A DNA stretch of 64,000 bases. It comes from Octopus vulgaris. Lineage: Eukaryota. The notes below the pieces were generated by a model, which was not told the DNA's origin, made no database searches, and saw only the letters and a list, made by a program, of their open reading frames with translations. Shown here piece by piece: positions 1 through 14,520 of the stretch. The position numbers were made by a program, and so were the translations under genes. How positions within the stretch are numbered: position 1 is the stretch's first letter; every line of letters begins with the position of its first letter. The DNA lies in assembly GCA_951406725.2 (NCBI GenBank), contig OX597841.1, forward strand, positions 15,066,001 to 15,130,000, read 5' to 3'.

Positions 1-63
1 CTTCCTCCTTTCTTTCCTTCTTTCTTTTTTCTCACCTTTCTATATCTGTACATACATACCTAC

Positions 64-123
<60 letters not shown>

Positions 124-156
124 ATATACACATATATATATATTCATATATATGTA

Positions 157-282
157 CAACTACTACTACTACTACTACTACTACTGCTGCTACAATTGCT
201 ACTACTTCTACTACTGCTACTACTACTACTACTACTACTATTACTACTACTACTATTACTACTACTTCTATCGCTGCTGCTG

Positions 283-320
<38 letters not shown>

Positions 321-333
321 GCTACAATTGCTG

Positions 334-366
<33 letters not shown>

Positions 367-417
367 TTACTACTACTACTACTACTACTACTACTGCTGC
401 TGCTGCTACTACTACTA

Positions 418-449
<32 letters not shown>

Positions 450-462
450 ACTACTACTGCTG

Positions 463-530
<68 letters not shown>

Positions 531-559
531 ATTACTGCTGCTACTACTACTACTACTAC
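157..559. repeat. (CTA)n/(CTG)n trinucleotide microsatellite
   Basis: Seen directly; explains poly-L/T/Y ORFs. Confidence 0.95.
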
Positions 560-667
560 CTCAGATGTAACTTATTTTCCAACTTAGTTGTACACTTCTT
601 GTCGCGAATACCACTACCTCACCCCCACCCCCCACCACCACTACTACTCTCATCCCCATCACCCATC

Positions 668-671
<4 letters not shown>

Positions 672-702
<31 letters not shown>

Positions 703-951
703 CAATTCCCTGTTCCCCTTATTGTCTCTCTTTCACTCCGTCTGTCTGTCTGTCTCTCTATGTTTAAATCTAAATCTATGTCTCTCTCTGTTTTTCTGTT
801 TTTCTCTCTCTCTCTTTCTCTCTCTCTCTCTCCATGTCTACCTGTCTGTCTCTTTCTCCCCCCTCTCTCTCTTTCTCTGTCGGTATGTACCTACACCTAT
901 CTCTCTGTTTCTCTTCCTATCTTTAAGCCTAAATCTTTCTCTCTCTGTCTG

Positions 952-1046
<95 letters not shown>

Positions 1047-1195
1047 GTCTCTCTCTCTCTGTCACCTCACTCTCTCTATGTCTATATATATCGTTCTCCC
1101 TCTCTCTTTATCTCTATCTCTCTCTATATGTCTCTCTATCTCTCTTTATCTATGTATGTATCTGTATGTTTCTCTCTTCTACTTTCACTTTCGGT

Positions 1196-1261
<66 letters not shown>

Positions 1262-1353
1262 ATCAACATTCAATATTCCTATCATAACTCTTTGACTCCC
1301 TTTCTCCCCACCCACACACCCTCCCACTCTTCCTCTCCCTCTCTAAGTTACTC

Positions 1354-1387
<34 letters not shown>

Positions 1388-1410
1388 CTTCACCCCTCTC
1401 TCTCTCTTTC
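672..1410. repeat. (CT)n/(CTGT)n polypyrimidine low-complexity tract
   Basis: Seen directly. Confidence 0.9.
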
Positions 1411-1483
1411 TGTCCATTCCATATCTATTCTCATTTATTTGAGTATTAGGTAAGTTCCAGATTTCCAGCATCTTCCGTCCAAG

Positions 1484-1567
1484 ACCACCACCACCACCAC
1501 CACCACCACCACCACCACCAAAACTACCACCAAAACCACCACCACCACCACCACCACCACCACCACC

Positions 1568-1616
<49 letters not shown>

Positions 1617-1704
1617 CCACCACCACCACCACCACCACCACCACCACCACCACCACCACCACCACCACCACCAACAACACCGCCGACGCTGCCGCCGCCG
1701 CCAC
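1484..1704. repeat. (ACC)n/(AAC)n microsatellite
   Basis: Seen directly. Confidence 0.95.
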
Positions 1705-2856
1705 CATTCCATATCTTACTCCCTTTCTCCCTACTCGACTAGCCTCCTACCACACCCACCACGGTCTCCGCCTCCGCCTCCGCCGCCGCCGCCGCCGCCA
1801 TCGTCTCGTTCTTTCCCCCACAGTCAAAACTAGACCCGACGAGACGAGCCAACGAGTGGGGACCCTGTATGTGGTCACTAAGCTGGGACCTGCTAGAAAT
1901 ACCAGCTAAGAAACTCATTCACTCACAAAACTTACACTTTCATAACCAGACACACACACACACACAAACACACACACGCACACAAACACACACAGGCACA
2001 CACACACACATATAAACACACGCACAAACAGACACATAGACACACTCGTACGGTCATACATACAAACGCGCATGCGCACACACGGGTACACACGCACGGT
2101 GATATGCATGTTTGCTTGTAAACACAAACACACGTGCACACACTCACACACACACATATATATATACATACATGCGTACACTCGTATATATATGCATACA
2201 TACATGCATACATACATGCATACAGACACATGCATATATGCATACATACACACATAAACACGTACACACATGCATATATGCAAACATATATACACACATA
2301 CGTATATACATATATACATACATATATACACACATACATATATATATGCATACATACACACATATACATACATATACGTATACACATACACACATACATA
2401 TACACATACATATACACATACATATACACATACATACACACGTACTTACATATAAAAATTCATACACACATACTTACATACATACATATACACACATGCA
2501 TACAAACATACATACATTGTTGTACACCTGAGCACTGTATACAATAATTTCATTATTACACACACATACATACACACACATACATACACACATACACATA
2601 CATACATACCTACACACATACTTGCATATATACAGACATACACACACATACTTTACACTTATACATACACACACACATGCACACACAATACATACATACA
2701 TACATACACACATTGTGGTGCACCTGAGCATTGTGTTAGGTACACCTGAGCACTGTATACAATAATTTCATTATTACACATACGTACATACACACACATA
2801 TATACATGCATACACACATACACACATACTTGCATATATCCAGACATACACACACA

Positions 2857-2887
<31 letters not shown>

Positions 2888-2977
2888 TACATAAATGTTA
2901 TTCTAAAGCCGGGAAGAAACTTCACAAACTGTTACTCGGTTTCACGTGATTGTTTTTCAGACAGTAGCGATATACTG

Positions 2978-3008
2978 CTAGACGGAAACTGAAAGAAGCC
3001 CGACGAAC

Positions 3009-3095
<87 letters not shown>

Positions 3096-3320
3096 TATAC
3101 ATATATATATATTTTTATGTGTGTGTATGTGCCTGTGTTTCCTCCTCACCCCAGCATCGCTTCACTACCGATGTTGGTGTGTTTACGTCCCCGTAACTTG
3201 GCGATGGGCTCTAAGTACCAGGCTTATAAAGAGTGAGTCCTGGGGTCGGCTGTTTGTTCGACTAAGGTCGGGGCTCCAGCATGGCCGCAGTCAAATGACT
3301 GCAATAAATGAAAGAATAAA

Positions 3321-3322
<2 letters not shown>
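2978..3322 (+). mobile_element. SINE family A, 5'-truncated, diverged
   Basis: Body tagacggaaactgaaagaagccc, internal (TA)n, tail ctccagcatggccgcagtcaaatgact. Confidence 0.8.
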
Positions 3323-3362
<40 letters not shown>

Positions 3363-3659
3363 CTATGTGTGTGTATATATGTATGTATGTGTATATATAT
3401 ACACACACATACGTATATATATGCATACATATGTTATGTATGTGCGTATATATTTATAGATATATATATACATGCATGCATACAAAATACATACACATGT
3501 GTGCGCGCGCGTATATGTGTGTGTGTGTGCATACGTGTATGCGTACGTTTGTCAGTGTGTGTGTGTATTCGTGTGTCTATCTGTATATGCATCTATCAGT
3601 CTATCGGTTTATCTATTCATATGAAAACGTATGTGTACGTCGCTGGTCGTTCGTATGTA

Positions 3660-4064
3660 CTCTTTTACTTGTTTCAGTCATTTGACTGCGGCCATGCTGG
3701 AGCACCGCCTTTAGTCGAGCAAATCGACCCCACAACTTATTCTTTTGTAAGCCCAGTACTTATTATATCGGTTTCTCTTTTGCCGAACCGCTAAGCGACG
3801 GGGACAACAACACACCAGCATCGGTTGTCAAGTCATGCTAGGGGGACAAACACAGACACACACACACACATATACACATACATACATATATATATATACA
3901 TATATACGACGGGCTTCTTTCAGTTTCCGTCTACCAAATCCACTCACAAGGCTTTGGTTGAACCAAGGCTATAGTGGAAGACACTTGCCCAAGGTGCCAC
4001 GCAGTGGGACTGAACCCGGAACCATGTGGTTGGTAAACAAGCTACTTACCACACAGCCACTCCT
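3660..4064 (-). mobile_element. SINE family A, full length (tRNA-derived head)
   Basis: Minus-strand head aggagtggctgtgtggtaag (A box) and ggttcagtccc (B box), internal TA/CA tract, tail gactgaaacaagtaaaaga; many copies in window. Confidence 0.9.
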
Positions 4065-4079
4065 ATATATATATACATA

Positions 4080-4241
4080 TATACGACGGGCTTCTTTCAG
4101 TTTCCGTCTACCAAATCCACTCACAAGGCTTTGGTCGGCCCGAGGCTATAGTAGAAGACACATGCCCAAGATGCCACGCAGTGGGACTGAACCCGGAACC
4201 ATGTGGTTGGTAAACAAGCTACTTACCACACAGCCACTCCT
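4080..4241 (-). mobile_element. SINE family A, second 5' half in tandem
   Basis: Near copy of 3903-4064. Confidence 0.85.
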
Positions 4242-4452
4242 ACACCTATGTGTGTGTGTGTGCTCATATGGAAGTTGGGGCTTCAATATATATAAACAGA
4301 TATGGTGGTTATTGGCATTCGCGTATATTTATTGGTGATATTTTACAGAAATAGCGACTGGCCCCTCCCCTCAAAAGTAGATAGCTTGTGCCAAAATTAT
4401 AAAGAAACTGTAAACAGAATAACACACACACGCACACACACACACATTTACA

Positions 4453-4551
<99 letters not shown>

Positions 4552-4876
4552 TTATCTATCCATCTATCTATCTATCTGTATATCTGTCGGTCTGTCTATC
4601 TATATATCTGTCTGTCTGCCTGCCTGTCTGCCAGTCTGTCTGTCTGTCTGTCTATCTATCTACACCACCAGAACCACAACCACCACCACAACCACCACCA
4701 CCACCACCACCACCACCACCACCACCACCACCACCACCACCACCATCACCACCGCCGCCGCCACCACCACTACCACCACCACCACTACCACCACCACCAC
4801 CACCACCACCACCACCACCACCACCACCACCACCACCACCACCACCACCACCACCACCACCACCACCACCACCACC

Positions 4877-4907
<31 letters not shown>

Positions 4908-5019
4908 CCACCACCACCACCACCTCCACCACCACCACTACCACCACCACCACCACCACCACCACCACCACCACCACCACCACCACCACCACCACCACCA
5001 CCACCCTCACCACCACCAC
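4453..5019. repeat. (TCTA)n/(TCTG)n followed by (CCA)n
   Basis: Seen directly; source of the poly-Pro ORF. Confidence 0.95.
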
Positions 5020-5877
5020 AGACACCAGCCGTAGATAAATATCTTGTGTATTCCAGAGGGAGTTTAGCATTTCAGTTCGGGAGATTCTTCCAGAATCTCA
5101 AGGATTATCCCAGAATGCATCACGCCACACACCCCATTCCTACCCCCCCTACCCTCCACCACTCACACACACACACACACACTCAGCGTCCCAAGATTCC
5201 TCTCCTTCTCTCACCCCCGCCGTGCCTCGAAACCGTACCTCCGCAACCCCTTTTTCTAACGACCAAAACCAGCCCCGGAAAAATTCGTACTGTCAAATTT
5301 GATACCTTAAGCCGTCCCCTTATTTTTTTTTCCGATCCTTGTTCTTTTTCTTTCCTTTTTAGTTTAACATCTGCTTCGTGTCCTCCCGCGACTGCGCCAC
5401 CGCCATTGCCCTCCCACCCACCCATGCCATTCCCGCCAGGAATCACTTCGGATTACGTCATGCACGTGACTCAATGCAAGGGGTCGTCTGTCTCTCTCTC
5501 TCTTCCTGTCTGTCTGCGTGGTCACCTTGACATGCTAGACACGCTAGCCAAACGCCCGTCATATGATCCCTTAACGTATTCAAGAAGGGAGTCACAAGGG
5601 CACACTGAGTTGCGTAGCCCTAGGTACATTTATGCATTTAAAACAAAGTGATGGCGGCGGTGGTGGTGTAGGGTGGTTATGGTCGTAGCGTTTTTTTTTT
5701 GTTTTCACCATAGGTCAGTCTGACCCAGTGACTGACCCGGGGTTAAATGGCGACCATGACGATGTCGGCGTTGAAAATATATGTACCCGTGTTGATAGAG
5801 GGGTGGATACTTGATGACAGTGTACCCGTAAGTGTCATCACCGCCATCACTAACACCAACGCCACCACAACGAAACT

Positions 5878-6107
5878 CACCACCACCACCACCACCACCA
5901 AAACCACCAAACACCACCTCCACCCCCCACCACCCCCACTACCACCACCAACGCCGTCACCCCACCACCACAACCACCACCACCACCACCACCACCACCA
6001 CCACCATCACCACCACCACCACCACCACCACCACCACCACCACCACCACCACCACCACCACCACCACCACCACCACCACCACCACCACCACCACTACCAC
6101 CACCACC

Positions 6108-6139
<32 letters not shown>

Positions 6140-6340
6140 CATCATCACCAATAACACCGACACGACCACCACCGCAACCACTACCACTATCTCCACTACC
6201 TCCACCAACACTGTCACCACCGTCATCATCATCAGCACTACAACCACCACCACCACCACCACCACCACCATCATCACCAGTACCAGTACCACCACCATCA
6301 CCACTACTGTAACCATCATCACCACCACCACCACCACCTC
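5878..6340. repeat. (CCA)n microsatellite, degenerate
   Basis: Seen directly. Confidence 0.9.
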
Positions 6341-6789
6341 CGCCGCCGCCGTTTCTGCCAGGGACATCTCCATCACTACTACTTACACCCCATTTCCTCC
6401 CCACACCACCATCACCCACATACCACCACCCTCACCACCACCACCATCTTCATCACCTCCATTATTCCCGCCACCATTTTAGAAAGACATTGTATGGTAA
6501 GTGTGAAAAAAATATCACGGCGGTTTTTTTTTTCTTTAAACGTAAAAACAGAATATTCGGATCTGATGTGGCCGGTTTATACGCAAAAGGGTTTCCACTT
6601 CAATTACGGACAGACCCTTCAGCAGAATGCTGCAGCCGACTGTGTCAAGATCTTCAAGGAAGCCAAGATAAATGACATCTACATTGAAAACCTCTGCCAG
6701 TATCGTTTCCATTCACTGCCGGATAGCAAATACACTCGGACATTGCTTAGAAAATAATTTTCATTTTTAATCTCGTATGTAGTACGCTC

Positions 6790-6847
6790 TAGGGATTTTG
6801 ACCTTTAAATTTTGGGACAAAAATGCAGATTATACTCGAGGATTTAC

Positions 6848-6851
<4 letters not shown>
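6790..6851. mobile_element. Terminus of a Tc2/pogo-like DNA transposon
   Basis: attatactcgaggatttacgg|TA reads TA|CCGTAAATCCTCGAGTATAA on the minus strand, resembling Tc2/pogo CCGTA termini; partner TIR not seen. Confidence 0.5.
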
Positions 6852-6899
<48 letters not shown>

Positions 6900-6937
6900 T
6901 AAATATTTTGTTGTGTTTGTCTTGTTGAGTGAGGCTC

Positions 6938-7030
6938 CCTTTCTTTCCTGATGAGAAGATTGCATCTTGCACCGTTTATTCCTTTGGAATAAAACCATGT
7001 TGTCTTCGAAACATATGTCGAGAGTAAAGG
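6938..7030 (+). ncRNA. Type I hammerhead ribozyme, intact core
   Basis: Stem I cctttctttc/gagag(t)aaagg; CTGATGA 6948-6954; stem II gaagat/gtcttc with inner tttattcc/ggaataaa hairpin; GAAAC 7008-7012; palindromic stem III ACATATGT; GUC site 7017-7019. Confidence 0.85.
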
Positions 7031-7225
7031 AATTTTGTTAACATCTTCGTTCAACTCCATTTATTTATTTATTAATATATAATACACAAATTTCTGCACA
7101 TGAACCCGGACTTTCTACCCTTGGACAGGGCGCTTCAACCGTGTTTCTGACGTGAATTTGCTACCCTGGTATCGGTTCATCGAATTTTCCATGTTGACGG
7201 TAAACATAGGATAATTCATTCACCT

Positions 7226-7291
<66 letters not shown>

Positions 7292-7783
7292 CATGGCATG
7301 GGTCTCCAAGCAGCTCAAGTTCTGTGCACACAATTTGTCTTTGAAAACCAGGACGCTGGTATATGAGAAGCCATGAGAAAAAGAAGAGATACAAAAAGTG
7401 GAACAAGAAGAAAGAAAAGAAAGAAAACCAATTTCTTCATCGTCTTTGACTGCAGAAGCCATCATTGATATGTAGCTAGTCTAGAATAATATAAGAGAAA
7501 GGATGCCAAAGTCTGTTACACTGCTACTCGATCAGGAGCGGGTGGTGTTTTTCAGTTCGACAAAAGAAATTTGCTCATGTGCTTACATTTGCTAAAAATT
7601 TCTGATCTGAAATTAAGTAAATGTGTTGGAATTCTTGGATGTAAAATGAATGTGTGATCTTTCAGCAACGCATAACTTTCATCTCTTTGTTTCATCTATA
7701 TAAGGCGTAAATTTACCCATGATTCTCCACTTATATGTGTGTATGGGTGTTAAATACATAATTTATATATATAAAGTACTTTG

Positions 7784-8004
<221 letters not shown>

Positions 8005-8083
8005 GTCTGCCTGTCTATCTGTCTGTCTGCCTGCCTGCCTGTCTGTCTGTCTGTCTGTCTGATAGTCTATTTATCTATCTATT

Positions 8084-8136
<53 letters not shown>

Positions 8137-8196
8137 TTATCTACTACTACTACTACTATCATCATCACCACCACCACCACCACCACCACCACCACC

Positions 8197-8257
<61 letters not shown>

Positions 8258-9305
8258 TTACTACTACTACCACTACTACTACTACCACAAAGAACATTTG
8301 TAGCAATTACATTCGTGCATTTTTATGTATGCGTGTATGTATGTATATATGTGTATATACAAGCATGTGCTTGCATGCATAAGCCCACAACCATCCATAT
8401 ATGTATATGTAGGATCTTATATATACATATGTGTATATAAACACACACACATACACCATACACACACACATACATACATACATACATATATATAAATAGA
8501 TACGTATACACATATATACACATATACGTATATGTGCGTATGTGTGTATGTATATATATATATGTGTGTATATGTATATGTGTGCGTATGTAAAAGCGTG
8601 TATATATGTGTTTGTAGGTGATCATATATACACGTTTGTATAAGCATATGCGGCGATCATCACCCTTTCTTTCTCTCTCTCTCTTTCTCTCTCTCTTACT
8701 CTGTCTTTCTTACCCTCTCTTTCTCTCTCTTACTCTCTCTCTCTCTCTCTCTTATCCTCTCTCTTACTCTCTCTCTCTCTTAGTCCCTCTCTCTCACTTA
8801 CTCTCTCTCTTACTCTCTCTCTCCCTCTCTCACTTCTCTCTCTCTCCCTCTCTCTTACCCTCTCTCTTACTCTCTACTCTCTCTCTGTTACTCTCTCTCT
8901 CTCTCTCTCTTAGTCCCTCTCTCTCACTTACTCTCTCTCTCTCACTTACTCTCTCTCCCTCTCTCTCTACGTCTCTTTCTCCCACTCTCGACATTCCCCC
9001 TTCTCGCACCACCACCACCACCACCACCACCACCACCACCGCCACCACCACCACCACCACCACCACCCACCACCACCACCACCACCATCCACCACCACCA
9101 CCACCACCACCACCACCACCACCACCACCACCACCACCACCACCACTACCACCACCACTTCCGCCACCACTGTCACCTCCTCACGATAGAGAGAAGAGGA
9201 TTAAAATCCTGAATGGATAATCCGGTAATCCACCTGTATAGGGTTTCGCTCCTCGCACAAAAACCTCTCAGAATTCTTGACAGAGAGATAAGAGGAACGG
9301 AAAGA

Positions 9306-9423
<118 letters not shown>

Positions 9424-9749
9424 GGAAAAAAGAAAAAAAGAGAAAAGAAAAAGAAAGAAAGGAAGGAAGGAAGGAAGAAGGAAAGAAAGGAATAGAGGCT
9501 GGTAGTATTGGGGGGGGGGGGGTGACAGAGAAATAGAGAAAGGGGGGGATTCGCAGGTAAGAAAGTTAGAGAACTTTTTTTTATATTTGTTTTTGTTCTA
9601 CGTGGGGTTGAATTATGCGCGTGCGTGTGTGTATATATATATATACATACATATATACGTATATACATGTATGTATGAATGTATGTATATGTATATATAT
9701 TTATGTATGTGTGCATATATATACATATGTTTCTATATATGCTTATATA

Positions 9750-9792
<43 letters not shown>

Positions 9793-9822
9793 TGTGTATA
9801 TATATGTATATATATATATATG

Positions 9823-9914
<92 letters not shown>

Positions 9915-9922
9915 TGTGTATA

Positions 9923-9969
<47 letters not shown>

Positions 9970-10139
9970 CAGTAAAATAAAGGGTGAAATTAATTAATTT
10001 GGAATAATTATTAATTACACCAAGTAGATTTCGGCATGTAAAAGCCTCATTCGAGGAAAATTTAAGTAATATAAGCAATGCTATTTCTAAATTCGGTGTG
10101 TGGTGAGGCAATTCGTTGCTAAACCCTTATATTGCTTAG

Positions 10140-10229
<90 letters not shown>

Positions 10230-10384
10230 CACATATATACATCGGTGTGCAGGTGCGAGTGTATATGTATGTATGTATACATTTATATCTTATGTACACA
10301 TACACAGATATACATACACACAAACACACACACACATATGTATGTAGTAGGTAGGTATGTAGGTATGTATGAACGTATGTGTAA

Positions 10385-10540
10385 GCGTGGCTGTGTGGTA
10401 AGAAGCTTGCTTCCCAACGTCATAGTTCCGGGTTCAGTCTCACTGCGTGGCACCATGGGCAAGTGTCTTCTACCATAGCCTTGGGCCGACCAAAGCCTTG
10501 TGAGTGGATTTGGTAGACAGAAACTGAAAGAAGCTCGACG
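10385..10540 (+). mobile_element. SINE family A, 5' half
   Basis: gtggctgtgtggtaagaagcttgcttcccaac through agacagaaactgaaagaagc. Confidence 0.85.
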
Positions 10541-10557
10541 TAGCCTTGTATACAATA

Positions 10558-11425
10558 CTGGATTAAGACCCACAGAGGTCTTAAGCACCTAAAAGATTTT
10601 GGTGCCGCCATATACAAATGTAATTCAAAGTCTAAACAATAATAAACCATTAAATAGACTTTTATTTTTCAAAATGAAACAAAACGGACATTAAGATGGG
10701 AAATAATGTTTATTTTCGTATTCTTCCTTTTATTTAGATTTGAAGAGGTTTTCGTAATTACAAAGTCTTTGATGAGATCCTCGTAATGAGACCCGAAAAC
10801 CCAACCAATACGGAGAAAGCTTTTCAAATCATGTCAAAGCCATGAACAGTCATAACTGCGATGACTGAGTGCAGATAGGAGCAGAGGGCCAAAGGTCTGA
10901 GAGGGGACGGTTGTGTGTAGAAGGGCTGGATTAAGACCCATAGATGCCCTAAGCACTTAAATGAGTTTGGTGTCCCCATATACAAATGTAATTCAAAATA
11001 TAAACAATATAAACCATAAAATGAATCTTTTATTTTCCATAATGAAACAAAAAATGGAAAATAATGTTTATTTTTTTATACTTCCATTTTATTTAGTTCT
11101 GAAGAAGTTTTCTCCTGCATTTTATTTTAATTACAAGGTCTTTGATGAGATCCTCGTTATGAGACCCGGAAAACCCAACCAATATGGAGAAAGCTTTTCA
11201 AATCATGATAACTGAGTGCAGATAGGAGCAGAGGGCCAAAGATCTGAGAGGGGACGGTTGTGTGTAGAAGGGCTGGATTAAGACCCATTGATGCCCCAAG
11301 GACCTAAAATAGTTTGGTGTCCCCATATACAAATGTAATTCAAAATATAAACAATAATAAAGCATAAAATAAATCTTTCAATTTTTCAAAATGAAACAAA
11401 ACTGGCCTTAAGATGGAAAATAAAG
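10558..11425 (+). repeat. Tandem repeat, units 368 and 347 bp plus a partial third; probable DNA-transposon end
   Basis: ctggattaagaccca at 10558, 10926, 11273 with collinear bodies; related pieces at about 12989-13100 and 13725-13875. Confidence 0.8.
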
Positions 11426-11454
11426 TAATTTCAAATCAAAGTCTTCTCCTACTC

Positions 11455-11650
11455 TACTCTTACTCTTTACCCTTTTACTTGTTTCAGTCATTTGACTTCG
11501 GCCATGCTGGAGCAAATCGACCCCAGGACTTATTCTTTGTAAGCCTAGTACTTATTCTATTGGTCTCTTTTGCCGAACTTGCTAAGTTACGGGGACGTAA
11601 ACACACCAGCATCGGTTGTCAAGCGATGTTGGGGTACAAACACAGACACA

Positions 11651-11728
<78 letters not shown>

Positions 11729-11878
11729 CGACGAGCTTCTTTCAGTTTCCGTCTACCAAATCCTCTCACAAGGCTTTGGTCGGCACGAGGCTATAGTAGA
11801 AGACACTTGCCCAAGGTGCCACGCAGTGGGACTGAACCCGGATCCATGTGGGTGGTAGGCAAGCTACTTACCACACAG
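11455..11878 (-). mobile_element. SINE family A, near full length
   Basis: Head, body and tail motifs present. Confidence 0.88.
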
Positions 11879-12230
11879 TCTTTGATCAGATCCTCACTGT
11901 GACACCATGAACACTTTAAAATTATATTTCCAATCATATAAACCTCTTTGAAGATTATTTGAGCAATTTTAAAGTGATTTCTTTTGTGCCGTACACCATT
12001 TACCATTTCTGTGGTGCTCCCCGCCATTTCTTTCCTCTTGATGCCCTAAACACGTGATTATTTTGCTGTGTGCATGTATACATAATTATATACATGTATG
12101 TGTGTGTAAGTGTGTGCATGTAAGTGTTCCTCAGTGTGTGTACGTGTTCCAGTGTGTATGTGTGTTTGCGTGCGTGTTCGAGTGTATGTCTGTCTGCCTC
12201 TCTCACTGTCTCTCTCTTTCTCTTTGTCTA

Positions 12231-12359
<129 letters not shown>

Positions 12360-13132
12360 CTGTCTGTCTGCATAACTATTTCTATAAAACAGACACTCAC
12401 TCACTTTCCTCCCTCTCTCTCCCTCTTTCTTTCTCCATTCTTCTCTCTCTCTCTCTCTCCCGCCCTCTCCTTCCCTCCCTTCCCTCTCTCTCCCTCTCTC
12501 TCCTTCCCCCACTCTTCCTCAATCTTCCTTAACCATACAGATAGGCACACATACACACAAACACACACGTGTATGTATGTATATTTATGCGCATGCGCCT
12601 GCCTTGTACCCAGAGCATTAGGTTAAGCAAACAGCCATCACACCACCCGATTTAACGAATACCATGTGCTCACCCTTTCGCAACCCTTCAACAAAGTACC
12701 CCACCCCACCCCCACCCGAGTCACAGCCGCCTATCCCCACCTACCCCGCATGCTAGACATACAACCTAACGACCCTTTAATCCCGAGACAACATCTTAAA
12801 CTTCTCCCCATCTGATCCTCATTAACCCGTTACGTCCTGATTTGATGAGAGAAGAAACATTAACCTCGTACCCAGAATAACACTAAAGCCGGGTACACCG
12901 CAAGGGTTTGTTTGGGTTAGAGGGTTTTGCGGCTGTTGATGTTTGTTGTTTTGGTCGAGGTTAAGCTTGGTCAAGGTTAAGTATTTTCAGGGCTGGATTG
13001 ACACCCATAGAGGCCCCAAGTTCTTAGGGCTGGATTTAGACACATAGAGGCCCTAAATTCTTAAAAGATTTTGCCTTCCCTCACCCGTAAATGTAATTTA
13101 CAATATTCTTTTATTCTTTTATTTGTTTCAGA

Positions 13133-13368
13133 AGGCGGCGAACTGGCAGAATCGTTAGCACGCCGGACGAAAGGCGTAGCCGTATTTCGTCTGCCGTTAC
13201 GTTCAGAGTTAAAATTCCGCCGGGGTCGACTTTGCCTTTCATCCTTTCAGGGTGGATAAATTAAGTACCTGTTACGCACTGAGGTCGATGTAATCGACTT
13301 AATCCGTCTGTCTGTCTGTCCTTGTTTATACCCTCTGTGTTTAGCCCCTTGTGGGTAGTAAAGAAATA
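13133..13368 (+). mobile_element. SINE family B (tRNA-like head, Nin/Deu-like domain)
   Basis: ggcggcgaactggcagaatcgttagc head; gcctttcatcctttcagggtggataaattaagtacc core; tail agtaaagaaata. Confidence 0.82.
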
Positions 13369-13369
13369 T

Positions 13370-13718
13370 ATTTGTTTCAGTCAGCTGGCGCACCGCCTTT
13401 TAGTCGAGCAAATCGATCACCCCCACCCGGACTTATTCTTTGCAAGCCTTGTACTTATTCTATCGTTCTTTTTTGCCGAACTTCTAAGTTACGGGGACTT
13501 AAACATACCCGCATCGGTTGTCAAGAGTGTTGGCGGGGAGACAAACACACACACACACGACAAGTTTCTTTCAGTTTCCGTCTACCAAATCCACTCACAA
13601 GGCTTTGGTCGGCCCGAGGCTATAGTAGAAGACACTTGCCCAAGGTGCCACGCAGTGGGACTGAACCCAGAACCATGTGTTTGCTAAGCAAGCTACTTAC
13701 TAGGCAACCACTCCTGCG
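13370..13718 (-). mobile_element. SINE family A
   Basis: Family motifs with a small deletion near the tail. Confidence 0.85.
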
Positions 13719-14061
13719 GCTATAAAAAATAATAAACCATTAAATAAATGTTTTATTGTCCATAATGAAACAAAACTAATATTAAGATGGAAAAAAATGT
13801 TTAGTTTTCTATGCTTCCATTTTACTTAGTTTTGAAAATTTCTCCAACTCTTTTTAATTGCAAAGTCTTTGATCAGGCTTCCAGAATATTCCAGGTCTTG
13901 CTTCACCCCCCTGTACATACATGCATGCATACATACACACATGCATACATACATACATACATTCATACATACATACATACATACATACATTCATACATTC
14001 ATACATACATACATTCATACATACGTATGTACATACATACATACATACATACATACATACA

Positions 14062-14092
<31 letters not shown>

Positions 14093-14520
14093 TACAAAGA
14101 TATACACACGGATAGACTGAGAGAGGGTGATAGAGACAGACCGGCGAATAGACAGAAGGATGAAGAATTCAAGGGAGAGTTAGATGGACAAAAAAAGATG
14201 GAGATTGGCGCAAGAACAGACAGATTGAGAGATGAGTTTGGATGAGGCAACCAAATGGACGGATAATTAGATAGACAGATAGATAGTCCTATAGACAGAT
14301 AGATATGGAGAAATCGATAAACAGAGAGAGAGAGACAGGGAGGGAGAGAGAGAGAGACTGAGATGAAGAGAGATTCACTTATTTCTCTTCTCCTGCCTCC
14401 ATCATCAGCACCAGACACTCCTGCCACACACCCAAACGTGCTTCTTCACTAAAGAGACACGAAAGAAGCGGGAGGGAGGGAGGGAGGGATGGTGAAAGAC
14501 AGACATACTGGCATCTTAAC

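Noticed and set aside
6494-6757. 87-aa ORF with normal composition
   Set aside because: No recognisable motif and adjacent to a transposon-like terminus; not supportable as a gene without BLAST or RNA-seq
10020-10060. Hammerhead-like string on the minus strand (ctcgaatgaggc...gccgaaat)
   Set aside because: Core altered and stems I/III not evident
10769-10800. ttgatgag...cgaaaac inside the 350-bp tandem unit as a retrozyme ribozyme
   Set aside because: Lacks C3 in both units, no closing stem II pair, no stem I/III or cleavage triplet
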